Part shown: one piece after another, positions 16,727 to 25,157 of the stretch | Numbering within the stretch: position 1 is the stretch's first letter | Layout: every line of letters starts with the position of its first letter | Source: Desulfobacterales bacterium | GTDB taxonomy: Bacteria; Desulfobacterota; Desulfobacteria; Desulfobacterales; Desulfosalsimonadaceae | Length of the DNA stretch: 27,629 nt | Assembly (NCBI GenBank): GCA_007127175.1 | Contig: SKZX01000203.1 | Location: 1-27,629, forward strand | Reading direction: 5' to 3' | The notes under the pieces: generated by a model | What the model was told of the DNA's origin: nothing | Database searches by the model: none | Seen by the model: only the letters and a program-made list of their open reading frames with translations | Position numbers and translations under genes: made by a program

Positions 16727-19700
16727 ATGCGCGCCGTAGCGACAACAATTATTCGCGTTGCAAGGAAGCTGAACCAAACCGTTTTTTTCGGGCGCAGTCT
16801 CCAGACTATACCGGAAAACGCCCTTGTATTGTTTCCTTTCCACACCAACCGTCTTTCCTGCGGTTTCACAGGGCTAATCGCATTCAACACAGCCGGAAAA
16901 CCGGCTCCATCGGTCAACCCAGCGGATTTTCACGCCCGCCTCGACCGATCCGCTGAAAATGGTTTTACAGCTTGCAGCAACCTTTCTGCGGATGATTTCA
17001 TCGCCGCCTATCTTTGTGGCGACGATCATGTGTCCAACCTACAGGAATCCATACAAAAACTGAAACAAAACCATTTTTTCCACCGTATCTACAACGGCGC
17101 GGACCTTTTTGAGGCGTTGTCCGGCTTCACCGCACGGCTCGAAACCGTGTTGCAGGCTGAATCCGGACATCTGGCCACCCAGATGGGCGTCCTTCCCTCA
17201 CAGCAATTTGACGCCATGTCCACGCGCATCGAAAAACTCAAAGATGCCCAATGGTGCCTGAAAACGGAAATACTCGACAATGTCCTGCGGGTCAGGGCCC
17301 TTGCCGGCGACGAATCAAACCGCATGAACGCCACAGGCGTTTCCGCCGCAAGACAGATCAATGCCGTATTGAACAGCATTGACCGCCTGGAAGTCCGCGG
17401 CCGGGATTCAGCCGGCATTTCCCTGATGTTTGTTGTTGATGACAGCCATTACAAGATTTTTTTGGATGAAATCGCCGCAGCAGGCCTCTCGGGGGAATTT
17501 ACCAAACGCACGAACCAGGGTGTTTTAACCAACAAGGGAATTTCCACGAACAGGGAAAACGGCCGCACCGCCATTGCCATGACCTACAAGGTGGCGGCAG
17601 AAATCGGCTCCCTGGGCGACAATGTTCGTTTCATAAGGGATCAGATTCGGCAGGACCCCCTCTTCACCGCCCTTATTACACTGCCCCGGGTTTATTTCAC
17701 GGTCTCGGCCCATACCCGCTGGGCCTCGGTCGGCGCGATCACCGAGGCCAACTGCCATCCCGTTGACAACCGGATCATGACCCCGGTTGCCGGGCGGCCT
17801 GGCATCATCCATGTCTGCTTAAACGGCGATATCGACAACTACCAGGCATTGAAGGCGGACCATGAAAAAAGGGGGCTGCGCTTTTTCGAGGATATCACCT
17901 GCGACACCAAGATCATCCCCGTGCACATCGAGCACTACTACAGGCAGGGACATGTCGTGGAAGAAGCGTTCCGCCTCGCGGTCAATGATTTTGAAGGCGC
18001 CCATGCCATTGCCATGCACACCGACCTAGCCCCGGGGAAATTTTTCCTGGCTCTCAGGGGAAGCGGCCAGGCCATATTCATCGGCCTTGCCCCGGACCAC
18101 TACATCCCCACCTCCGAAGTGTACGGCTTTGTCGAAGAAACAACACGCTTTCTGAAAATGGACGGGGAGGCCGTCAGCCCGTCTGCCCATGGAAAAGGCA
18201 TTACCGGACAGATATTTGTCATCGACCAGGCCGGTAAAGGCGGTCTGGACGGGATCAATGCCATGTTTTACTGCGGTTCCCCCATACCGCTGAGCGACGG
18301 AGACATTCGCACAACCCAGCTGGTTTCCAGGGACATCGACCGCCAGGACTTCAACCACTATTTTCTGAAGGAAATTTCAGAAGCACCGGCATCGGTTCGA
18401 AAAACCATGGCCAACCGCTGGAAGATCTCACAGAACGAAGACGGCCGCTACTATGAAGTCCACCTGGATGATTCATGCATGCCCGTATCCGTCAGGTCGG
18501 CGCTCCTGGAAAACAAAATCCGTCGGATCGCCTTTATCGGGCAGGGAACCGCAGGGGTGGCCGCCCTGGTCTGCGCCAACCAGCTGCGCCATTACCTGGG
18601 AGACGGCGACATCCGGATTGAAGCCATGAAGTCATCGGAGCTCAGCGGGTTCATGATGGATGACAGCCGAACCGCCGGCATGGAGGGCACTCTCCTGATA
18701 CCCATCAGCCAGTCCGGCACCACCACCGATACCAACCGAACCGTGGACATGGTTGCAAAGAAAGGCGGCAGCATCATCTGCATTGTCAACCGGCGCGACT
18801 CGGATTTGACGTTCAAAAGCCACGGGGTGATTTACACGAGCTCGGGCAGGGACATCGAAATGTCGGTGGCCTCCACCAAGGCATTCTATTCCCAGATCAT
18901 CGCCGGCGCCCTGCTCGGGCTGCACATAGCCGGGTTGACAGGCAAGCGGGGTCGCCATTTTATCTCAAACGAGATCAAAGAAATGATCGGGATACCCGGT
19001 ATGATGGAAACCGTGCTTTCCACGACCGATGCGATCCGGGCATCCGCCAACAGGCTGGCATTGCAGCGGACTTACTGGGCGGTGGTGGGAAGCGGGCCCA
19101 ACAAGGCGGCCGCCGACGAAATCCGGATCAAACTGAGCGAATTGTGCTACAAAACCATATCCTCGGATTTCGTGGAGGACAAGAAGCACATCGATCTTTC
19201 CAGCGAGCCGTTGATCATTGTCTGTGCGGCGGGCACAAGGCGGCGCGTGCTGGGGGACATCGTCAAGGACACGGCGATTTTCAAGTCCCACAAGGCCCTT
19301 CCCGTGGTCATCTGCGATATGCACGAGGACCGGTTTGACCCCTATGCCGAAGATGTCTTCCGCGTCCCTCAGGTCAGCGAGCACTTTGCGCCCATATTGA
19401 ACACGCTGGTCGGGCACATCTGGGGCTACTACGCAGCACTGGCCATCAATGAAGGGTCCCGGTTCCTCTATGATTTCCGGGAGGATATCCAGTCCATGAT
19501 CCGGGCTTACACCGCCGAAAACCTCGACATATTCGAAATCGCCCTCGAGGAAACCTTCCGGGAAAAAATCCTGCGATTTTACCGGGATTTTCGAAAAAAG
19601 CAGCAGGAAAACCACCTGCCCGCCACCATGGGGCTCAAAGAAGCGACCAACCTGACACTGCTGCTCAAGTATCTCGCCGGCCGCCTGCCGATCAATGATT

Positions 19701-20458
19701 TTGAGTTTGATTTCGGCGTCAAGGGGACGGCCAAGAACATGTTCGCCCTGTTTTTTGATGCACTGGGGGAAGCCATCAACGTCATGGCCCGCCCGGTGGA
19801 CGCCATCAAGCACCAGGCGAAAACCGTGACGGTGGGCACTAGCCGGATCGAAGAAAGGGCCGAGGGGCTCCTGTTCGATATCCTGGCGGAAAAAGGCTTC
19901 GGCGTCGAGCATCTCACGATTATAAACGTGATGGTTTTGCGCAATATCCAGAAAATCCTATCCGGCATCAAGGGACTCACCCTTTACCGGGTATCGGGCG
20001 TGAACCTCCTGGGGGAGCCCACCGACCAAACCACCATCTCCGTTATTGAGAAAAAGGGTACGTCCGCATCCATCGCCTCGCGCAGCGAAACCGATCAAAG
20101 CCTCAAGGGCTCCAAGCGGATAATCGTCCGCCAGGGCAATATCTACCTTGGAAAGGGGCGCAAGGATGGCCGGTCCGTCCTGATCATACCCGTCATCTCG
20201 GGTGACCCGGCGCAGCCCAACATGATCGAGTACCTGCTTTTGCTTGAAGTCGCCTTTAAAACCGACGTGGACCTGTCAACCCGTGTCAAGGCATTGGGCG
20301 GCAAGCACGAGCACATCAAGAACATCGTCCAGGAAAATTCCGTCCCATGGAAGGACGAATACCTGGACATGGTCCCCATGGATGAACTCTTTGGCCTTTC
20401 GGCGGAAAAAGTCGCAGAAATGATCGTTGAAAAAACGGGAAAAAAGGAATGGCCCTAA
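16727..20458 (+). CDS. glmS: Giant glutamine--fructose-6-phosphate aminotransferase-like protein (~1243 aa)
   Basis: CGFTG, LEVRGRDSAG, HTRWA, NCHP, LNGDIDNY, YFLKEISEAP, ISQSGTTTDT, SVASTKAF, KLSELCY, HQAKTVTV. The first plausible start is ATG 16727, 4 nt after the PBP stop; 16385 overlaps the PBP gene. Confidence 0.88.
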   Translation: MRAVATTIIRVARKLNQTVFFGRSLQTIPENALVLFPFHTNRLSCGFTGLIAFNTAGKPAPSVNPADFHARLDRSAENGFTACSNLSADDFIAAYLCGDDHVSNLQESIQKLKQNHFFHRIYNGADLFEALSGFTARLETVLQAESGHLATQMGVLPSQQFDAMSTRIEKLKDAQWCLKTEILDNVLRVRALAGDESNRMNATGVSAARQINAVLNSIDRLEVRGRDSAGISLMFVVDDSHYKIFLDEIAAAGLSGEFTKRTNQGVLTNKGISTNRENGRTAIAMTYKVAAEIGSLGDNVRFIRDQIRQDPLFTALITLPRVYFTVSAHTRWASVGAITEANCHPVDNRIMTPVAGRPGIIHVCLNGDIDNYQALKADHEKRGLRFFEDITCDTKIIPVHIEHYYRQGHVVEEAFRLAVNDFEGAHAIAMHTDLAPGKFFLALRGSGQAIFIGLAPDHYIPTSEVYGFVEETTRFLKMDGEAVSPSAHGKGITGQIFVIDQAGKGGLDGINAMFYCGSPIPLSDGDIRTTQLVSRDIDRQDFNHYFLKEISEAPASVRKTMANRWKISQNEDGRYYEVHLDDSCMPVSVRSALLENKIRRIAFIGQGTAGVAALVCANQLRHYLGDGDIRIEAMKSSELSGFMMDDSRTAGMEGTLLIPISQSGTTTDTNRTVDMVAKKGGSIICIVNRRDSDLTFKSHGVIYTSSGRDIEMSVASTKAFYSQIIAGALLGLHIAGLTGKRGRHFISNEIKEMIGIPGMMETVLSTTDAIRASANRLALQRTYWAVVGSGPNKAAADEIRIKLSELCYKTISSDFVEDKKHIDLSSEPLIIVCAAGTRRRVLGDIVKDTAIFKSHKALPVVICDMHEDRFDPYAEDVFRVPQVSEHFAPILNTLVGHIWGYYAALAINEGSRFLYDFREDIQSMIRAYTAENLDIFEIALEETFREKILRFYRDFRKKQQENHLPATMGLKEATNLTLLLKYLAGRLPINDFEFDFGVKGTAKNMFALFFDALGEAINVMARPVDAIKHQAKTVTVGTSRIEERAEGLLFDILAEKGFGVEHLTIINVMVLRNIQKILSGIKGLTLYRVSGVNLLGEPTDQTTISVIEKKGTSASIASRSETDQSLKGSKRIIVRQGNIYLGKGRKDGRSVLIIPVISGDPAQPNMIEYLLLLEVAFKTDVDLSTRVKALGGKHEHIKNIVQENSVPWKDEYLDMVPMDELFGLSAEKVAEMIVEKTGKKEWP

Positions 20459-20991
20459 ACAAAACACATCTGCTCATCGGCGCTGCAATCGCGGTCGTCC
20501 TGGCCGTGACAATCGGATGGGCCGTGTTTCATTTCATGATCCGTGAAACACGGGTCATTGATTATGCGGACGAAGCATACACATGGAATGCCCTTGCGGG
20601 AACCAGTCGCGGCGACTTGCTGGTCCGGGGTGAAAAGGTCGATGAAATACGCGATGACGTCGAAAAATTGATACACGCCCTGAACCGGTCGGACAAGGAC
20701 CCGGAAGGCTTCCGGGTCCCCGAAGGGAAAGAACCGGCAGACCTCCCTAAACTGAAACTGCTGGACAGTCAAAAAGGACGGGTTACGGTCGAAGTGATCA
20801 ATGCGGAGATCCTGACCCAGCGAATGGGCTCAACAGGCGCCAGTGCTTTCCTTGCGGTAGCCACCTTTACACTCACGGAGCATGCGGATATCGACGCGGT
20901 TAAATTTGTTTTCAAGGAAGGCGACCACGCCATACCGGGGATATACCAAAGGGAAATGTTCAGGCGGTACTGGAGAATTGACGCCCGTTAG
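20449..20991 (+). CDS. Membrane-anchored protein with a GerMN-like C-terminal domain, 180 aa
   Basis: N-terminal TM helix. MGSTGASAFLAVATFTLTE...IDAVKFVFKEG resembles the GerMN GS..E....NTLTE..I..V pattern. Overlaps the glmS stop by 10 nt. Confidence 0.6.
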   Translation: MALNKTHLLIGAAIAVVLAVTIGWAVFHFMIRETRVIDYADEAYTWNALAGTSRGDLLVRGEKVDEIRDDVEKLIHALNRSDKDPEGFRVPEGKEPADLPKLKLLDSQKGRVTVEVINAEILTQRMGSTGASAFLAVATFTLTEHADIDAVKFVFKEGDHAIPGIYQREMFRRYWRIDAR

Positions 20992-21032
20992 AAAATGAAG
21001 GCGGGGAAGGGAAGGCCGACGGGCCGGGTTGT

Positions 21033-21078
21033 TTTGTGGACTTTGTGGACTTTGTGGACCCAGTGGACCCAGTGGACC
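21033..21078. repeat. 9-bp tandem repeat with GTGGAC core (5 units)
   Basis: GTGGAC at 21036, 21045, 21054, 21063 and 21072. Confidence 0.9.
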
Positions 21079-21097
21079 TGGCCCGCAAAATAGAATG

Positions 21098-21134
21098 AAA
21101 AAGCCCGGCACCATCACTGCCGAACCGCTTTTTT
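21098..21134. terminator. Possible bidirectional terminator between convergent genes
   Basis: AAAAAGC..CGGCA-ccatcac-TGCCG....GCTTTTTT; an interrupted stem. Confidence 0.35.
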
Positions 21135-21155
21135 GCAGAAGGCCCCCACACCCCA

Positions 21156-22184
21156 CTATGACCGGCCATGCATCGCTGCTGGTTGTTCATACAGATGGCA
21201 GGTTACCTTGCGCCCATCCCGATCCAGCTCTGCCGGCGGCACCCTGCGGCATACCGCCATCACCTCGGGGCAGCGCGGGTGAAAACGGCACCCCTCCGGC
21301 GGTGACGCAGGCGATGGGGCCTCCCCCCGCACGACGTTGTCTTCAATTTTTTTCCCGCCGGCTACCGGTACAGCGGCGATCAGTGCCCGGGTGTAGGGAT
21401 GAAGCGGGTTTTGGACGATATCCGACGTTTTCCCGATCTCCACGATCTGCCCGAGATACATGACCGCCACCCGGTCCGCAATATTGCTCACAACGCTCAG
21501 GTCGTGGGAAATGAACAGGTAGGAAAGCCGGTGGCCTTTCTGGAGCCCCAGGAGCAGATTGATCACCTGCGCCTGGACGGACACGTCCAGGGCGCTGACG
21601 GCCTCGTCGCATATGATCAAATCCGGCTTCAAAGACAGGGCGCGGGCAATGCTGATGCGCTGCCGCTGCCCCCCGGAAAACTCGTGGGGATAGCGGAAAA
21701 CGGCATCCGGGCTCATCCCGACCTCACCCAGCAGCCTTGCGGCATGTTCCTGCTTGGACCCCTCGATCATACCAAACTGCTCCAACCCCTCGGTGATGAT
21801 ATCCATGACGTTCATCCGCGGGTTCAATGATGACATGGGGTCCTGGAAGACCACCTGGATGTGGCGCCTGAGACGGTTCATCTGCCGCCGGCCCAGGGTT
21901 GAAATGGATGTGCCGTCAAACAGGATGTCCCCCGCGGTTGCCCGCTCCAGGCCCAGAAGCGTCCGGCCCAGGGTCGTCTTTCCGCACCCGGACTCGCCCA
22001 CAAGGCCCAGGGTTTCGTTGCGGGAAATTATGAAAGACACATCGTCCACCGCACGCACGTGGCCTGCCGTCATGGAAAACAGGCCCCGCTTGATGGGAAA
22101 CCAGGTTTTCAGGTTCCTGACGGCCAGAAGCGGCGTTTCGGCGCTATGCGGATTCACCCGGCTGTTTTCAGATTTCGGCTTCAT
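21156..22184 (-). CDS. oppF: Peptide ABC transporter ATP-binding subunit (OppF/DppF-like)
   Basis: GLVGESGCGKTT, FSGGQRQRISIARAL, ICDEAVSALDVSVQ, GCRFHPRC C-terminal Cys motif. Start set at ATG 22184, overlapping the oppD stop. Confidence 0.92.
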   Translation of the reverse strand: MKPKSENSRVNPHSAETPLLAVRNLKTWFPIKRGLFSMTAGHVRAVDDVSFIISRNETLGLVGESGCGKTTLGRTLLGLERATAGDILFDGTSISTLGRRQMNRLRRHIQVVFQDPMSSLNPRMNVMDIITEGLEQFGMIEGSKQEHAARLLGEVGMSPDAVFRYPHEFSGGQRQRISIARALSLKPDLIICDEAVSALDVSVQAQVINLLLGLQKGHRLSYLFISHDLSVVSNIADRVAVMYLGQIVEIGKTSDIVQNPLHPYTRALIAAVPVAGGKKIEDNVVRGEAPSPASPPEGCRFHPRCPEVMAVCRRVPPAELDRDGRKVTCHLYEQPAAMHGRS

Positions 22185-23241
22185 TTCTTTCTTGTCCCTG
22201 ATCCGGCAAGTGCGGTTTTCCGTTGCATGCCGAGATGTTGTCGCCATGGAGGAAGCATGCTGCAAAATGCCCGCCTGCGATTTCACAGAGGGCCGGCTTG
22301 TTCTTCCGGCAGATGTCCATCACATGCGTACACCGGTCCTGGAAATGGCAGCCCTCCGGGTACCCATACGGGGACGGCACCTGACCGGGAATTGAATTCA
22401 AATGCGCCTTTTGAACAGAAAGCCTTGGAATGGCCCCGAGCAGCCCGATCGTGTAAGGGTGTGCGGGTTTGAAAAAAATATCGTTCAAAGAACCGGTTTC
22501 CACGATCCTTGAAGCATACATCACCGCCACGCGGTCGCACATCTCCCACACCACGCCCATGTCGTGAGTGATGAGCAACAAGGATGTGTCGTTCTGCTTC
22601 ATCTCCCGTATGAGCGAAAAAATCTGCGCCTGCGTGGTGACGTCCAGGGCGGTTGTGGGCTCATCCGCGATAACCAGCGACGGCGACAGCATAAGGGCCA
22701 TGGCAATCATGATCCGTTGCTGCATACCCCCGGACAGCTGAAACGGATAGGCATGCATGCGCTCCGCCACATCCGGAATACCGACCCTGGAAAGCCACGT
22801 TCGGGCATAGGCCCTGGCCTCTTTTTTGGATATGTTTCGGTGAAAACGGATGCCTTCCACCATCTGCCGGCCGATCCGGTGCAGCGGCGAAAGGGCGGAG
22901 AGGGGTTCCTGGAATATCATGGAGATCTCCGCCCCGCGAATCCGCCTGAGTCTCTGGGACTTTAAACCGAGAAGGTCTTCTCCATTAAAAAAGACCCGAC
23001 CCGCATCGATATACCCCGGCGGTGAAGGGATCAGACGGGTGAGCGCAAGCGCGGTCACCGACTTTCCGCATCCCGATTCCCCTACCAACCCCACGGACTC
23101 TCCCCGGTCAATGGAAAAGGTCACATCATCAACCGCCTTGAACGAACCGTCATCCGTGTCGAATCGAACGGAAAGCCCCTGAATGTCCAGCAGCGGCTGT
23201 TTTTTGTCCTCTTTCAATCGTGTATCCCGTCTGTTTGCCAA
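22168..23241 (-). CDS. oppD: Peptide ABC transporter ATP-binding subunit (OppD/DppD-like)
   Basis: GLVGESGCGKS, LSGGMQQRIMIA, IADEPTTALD, GCHFQDRC. The start is TTG 23241, or TTG 23217 which has the better SD. Confidence 0.92.
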   Translation of the reverse strand: MANRRDTRLKEDKKQPLLDIQGLSVRFDTDDGSFKAVDDVTFSIDRGESVGLVGESGCGKSVTALALTRLIPSPPGYIDAGRVFFNGEDLLGLKSQRLRRIRGAEISMIFQEPLSALSPLHRIGRQMVEGIRFHRNISKKEARAYARTWLSRVGIPDVAERMHAYPFQLSGGMQQRIMIAMALMLSPSLVIADEPTTALDVTTQAQIFSLIREMKQNDTSLLLITHDMGVVWEMCDRVAVMYASRIVETGSLNDIFFKPAHPYTIGLLGAIPRLSVQKAHLNSIPGQVPSPYGYPEGCHFQDRCTHVMDICRKNKPALCEIAGGHFAACFLHGDNISACNGKPHLPDQGQERNEAEI

Positions 23242-23265
23242 AAAAAGTGCGAATTCGCCGCAGCC

Positions 23266-24855
23266 CTACGCCAGGCGGCTGTATTGCTTCGGATCGTATG
23301 CGTTTCTGACCCCCTCGCCGATAAACACGCCAAGGAGCATCACCGTAAACAGCGCCATTGAAGGATAAAGGATGAGCCACCAGGCCCACCGGTACTGCTG
23401 CGCCTGGAAAATCATCTCCCCCCAGGAAGGTGTTGGCGGGGGAAGCCCGAACCCCAGGTAATCCAGGGCTGCAAGGGCCCCTATGGCGCCGACCAGCGAA
23501 AAAGGGAAAAAGGTGATCACCGGCACAAGGGCATTGGGCAGAATATGCTTGAATATGATTTTACGCGTCGGGACCCCCATGCACTTTGCGGCTTCCACGA
23601 ACGGCCGGCTGCGAAGGTTCAAAAATTCCGCCCGCATGTAATACGAAATACCAATCCAGTTGAAAAGGCCGTATATGATCAGGAGCAGCGCAAAGCTCCG
23701 GCCGTATATCGATCCCATGAGAATCATGACGTAGAGGAACGGAAGGGCGCTCCAGATCTCAATCATTCGCTGGGCTGTAATATCGATCTTACCGCCGTAA
23801 TAGCCCTGCAGCGCCCCGGTAAGGATGCCCAGCAGCATGGAGCACCCCACCAGAAGGAAACCGAACGCCAGGGAAATGCGAAGGCCGTGGACAATCCGGG
23901 AAAGGACATCCCTGCCCGCGGCATCGATCCCCATGGGATGCCCCGCCACCGGCGGGAAAGGGAAGCGGACATCCGTCTTCAGAAAACTCACCTGGTACTG
24001 GCGGTCACCGGCAACGAGGCGCTGATCATCCACAGGGCCTGAAAACCGTTCCAGTACGAGGCTCTTGAGAAGGCTGCGGTCCTCCTCGTCAATTTTTTCC
24101 CACAAAACGGGAAGGGGTATGACAGACGTCAGGCTTTCATCAAAAACCGCTTCATGTTTTTCCGAATGATCGTCTATGGGTGCTTCCCTGAAAATCAACC
24201 GCAGCGTTTCGGGCGGCTCCGGTCTCGGGGTATAGGTAGACAATGACACGTCAAATTCCTTTGCCCCCCGCGACAGGCGGAATTCCGCATGGGATGCGGC
24301 CTGGTTGCCAAAACGCGTTTCAAGGCCCTTTACCAACTGCTCGGGAAAATCAAAATATGAAGAAATATCAGCAGCCCCGCTCCCGCTTCCATCGTCATCC
24401 ATAAAAAAATCGAAAAAGCGGGAACGCACCTTTCTGAATTCAGACGTTATATCAACCGTTCCGACCCTCAGCACCGGCGTAAACCGGAGGGTCACCTCGT
24501 CATCGAGTGCGATTGCATCCGCGCGGATGGTTTCATAGGGACCATACGGATGAGGCGGGAATATCATGTAGTTTTGAGGATTTCCAGAGAATACAGCGTC
24601 CTGCTGAAGCATCTTGTAGTTAGGCCGTGTCTGCTGCCCGTCCTCGAGGAAAGCCGCTTCCGGGTAATACCTGAAAAGGGGGAAATACGACTTGCCGTCG
24701 AAACGGACATACAGCGGAATGCCGTTGCAGAGCAACTCGGCGGCAAGGCTCAGGATAAAAAGACATAACAGTATCCAAAAGGCGTAATACGCCCGCCTGT
24801 TTTCCCTGAAACGGGCCACGCGTTTTCTGGTTACCGGGTTTTTAATAAAAGGCAT
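23266..24855 (-). CDS. Peptide ABC transporter permease (YejE/OppC-like) with a ~185-aa insertion, 529 aa
   Basis: RFRENRRAYYAF N-terminus as in YejE; HPMGIDAAGRDVLSR; YYMRAEFL..R...FVEAAK (EAA motif); LDYLGFGLPPPTPSWG. Confidence 0.9.
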   Translation of the reverse strand: MPFIKNPVTRKRVARFRENRRAYYAFWILLCLFILSLAAELLCNGIPLYVRFDGKSYFPLFRYYPEAAFLEDGQQTRPNYKMLQQDAVFSGNPQNYMIFPPHPYGPYETIRADAIALDDEVTLRFTPVLRVGTVDITSEFRKVRSRFFDFFMDDDGSGSGAADISSYFDFPEQLVKGLETRFGNQAASHAEFRLSRGAKEFDVSLSTYTPRPEPPETLRLIFREAPIDDHSEKHEAVFDESLTSVIPLPVLWEKIDEEDRSLLKSLVLERFSGPVDDQRLVAGDRQYQVSFLKTDVRFPFPPVAGHPMGIDAAGRDVLSRIVHGLRISLAFGFLLVGCSMLLGILTGALQGYYGGKIDITAQRMIEIWSALPFLYVMILMGSIYGRSFALLLIIYGLFNWIGISYYMRAEFLNLRSRPFVEAAKCMGVPTRKIIFKHILPNALVPVITFFPFSLVGAIGALAALDYLGFGLPPPTPSWGEMIFQAQQYRWAWWLILYPSMALFTVMLLGVFIGEGVRNAYDPKQYSRLA

Positions 24856-24858
24856 TAG

Positions 24859-24942
24859 AAGTTGTAAGTTGTAGGTTGTAAGTTGTAGGTTGTAGGTTGT
24901 AGGTTGTAGGTTGTAGGTTGGAGTTTGCAGGCTGCAGGTTTC
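24859..24942. repeat. 7-bp VNTR A(A/G)GTTGT, 8 perfect plus ~4 degenerate units
   Basis: Eight perfect units at 24859-24914, then AGGTTGG, AGTTTGC, AGGCTGC, AGGTTTC. Confidence 0.92.
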
Positions 24943-24993
24943 AGCATAAAGCTTGCAGGCCGCAGGTATTAAGGCCTGCGCTTACAAGCTTCT

Positions 24994-25051
24994 GTCCACC
25001 AGGTCCACCAAGTCCATTAAGTCCACCCGTCCATTTGTCCACCCAGTCCAC
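24994..25051. repeat. 8-9-bp tandem repeat with GTCCA(C/T) core (7 units)
   Basis: Cores at 24994, 25003, 25012, 25021, 25029, 25037 and 25046. This is the reverse complement of the core at 21033-21078. Confidence 0.85.
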
Positions 25052-25157
25052 CCCTGAAATCTCCAACCGTCCAACTCTATCCACCACCCTCCCCGCAATT
25101 TCCGCCGGATTTTCTCTGCCACATCCTTTAAGGCCAACCTTCTTTGCCGCCCTCACC

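Noticed and set aside
21033-21078. CRISPR interpretation of the short repeat arrays
   Set aside because: Units are 7-9 bp with no unique ~30-bp spacers, and there are no cas genes.
20830-21463. ORFs with GPLGPLGPQSPQSP or STGSTGSTKSTK repeats; likewise 24918-25370 and 24941-25189
   Set aside because: These are translations of the intergenic tandem repeats, with no independent coding evidence.
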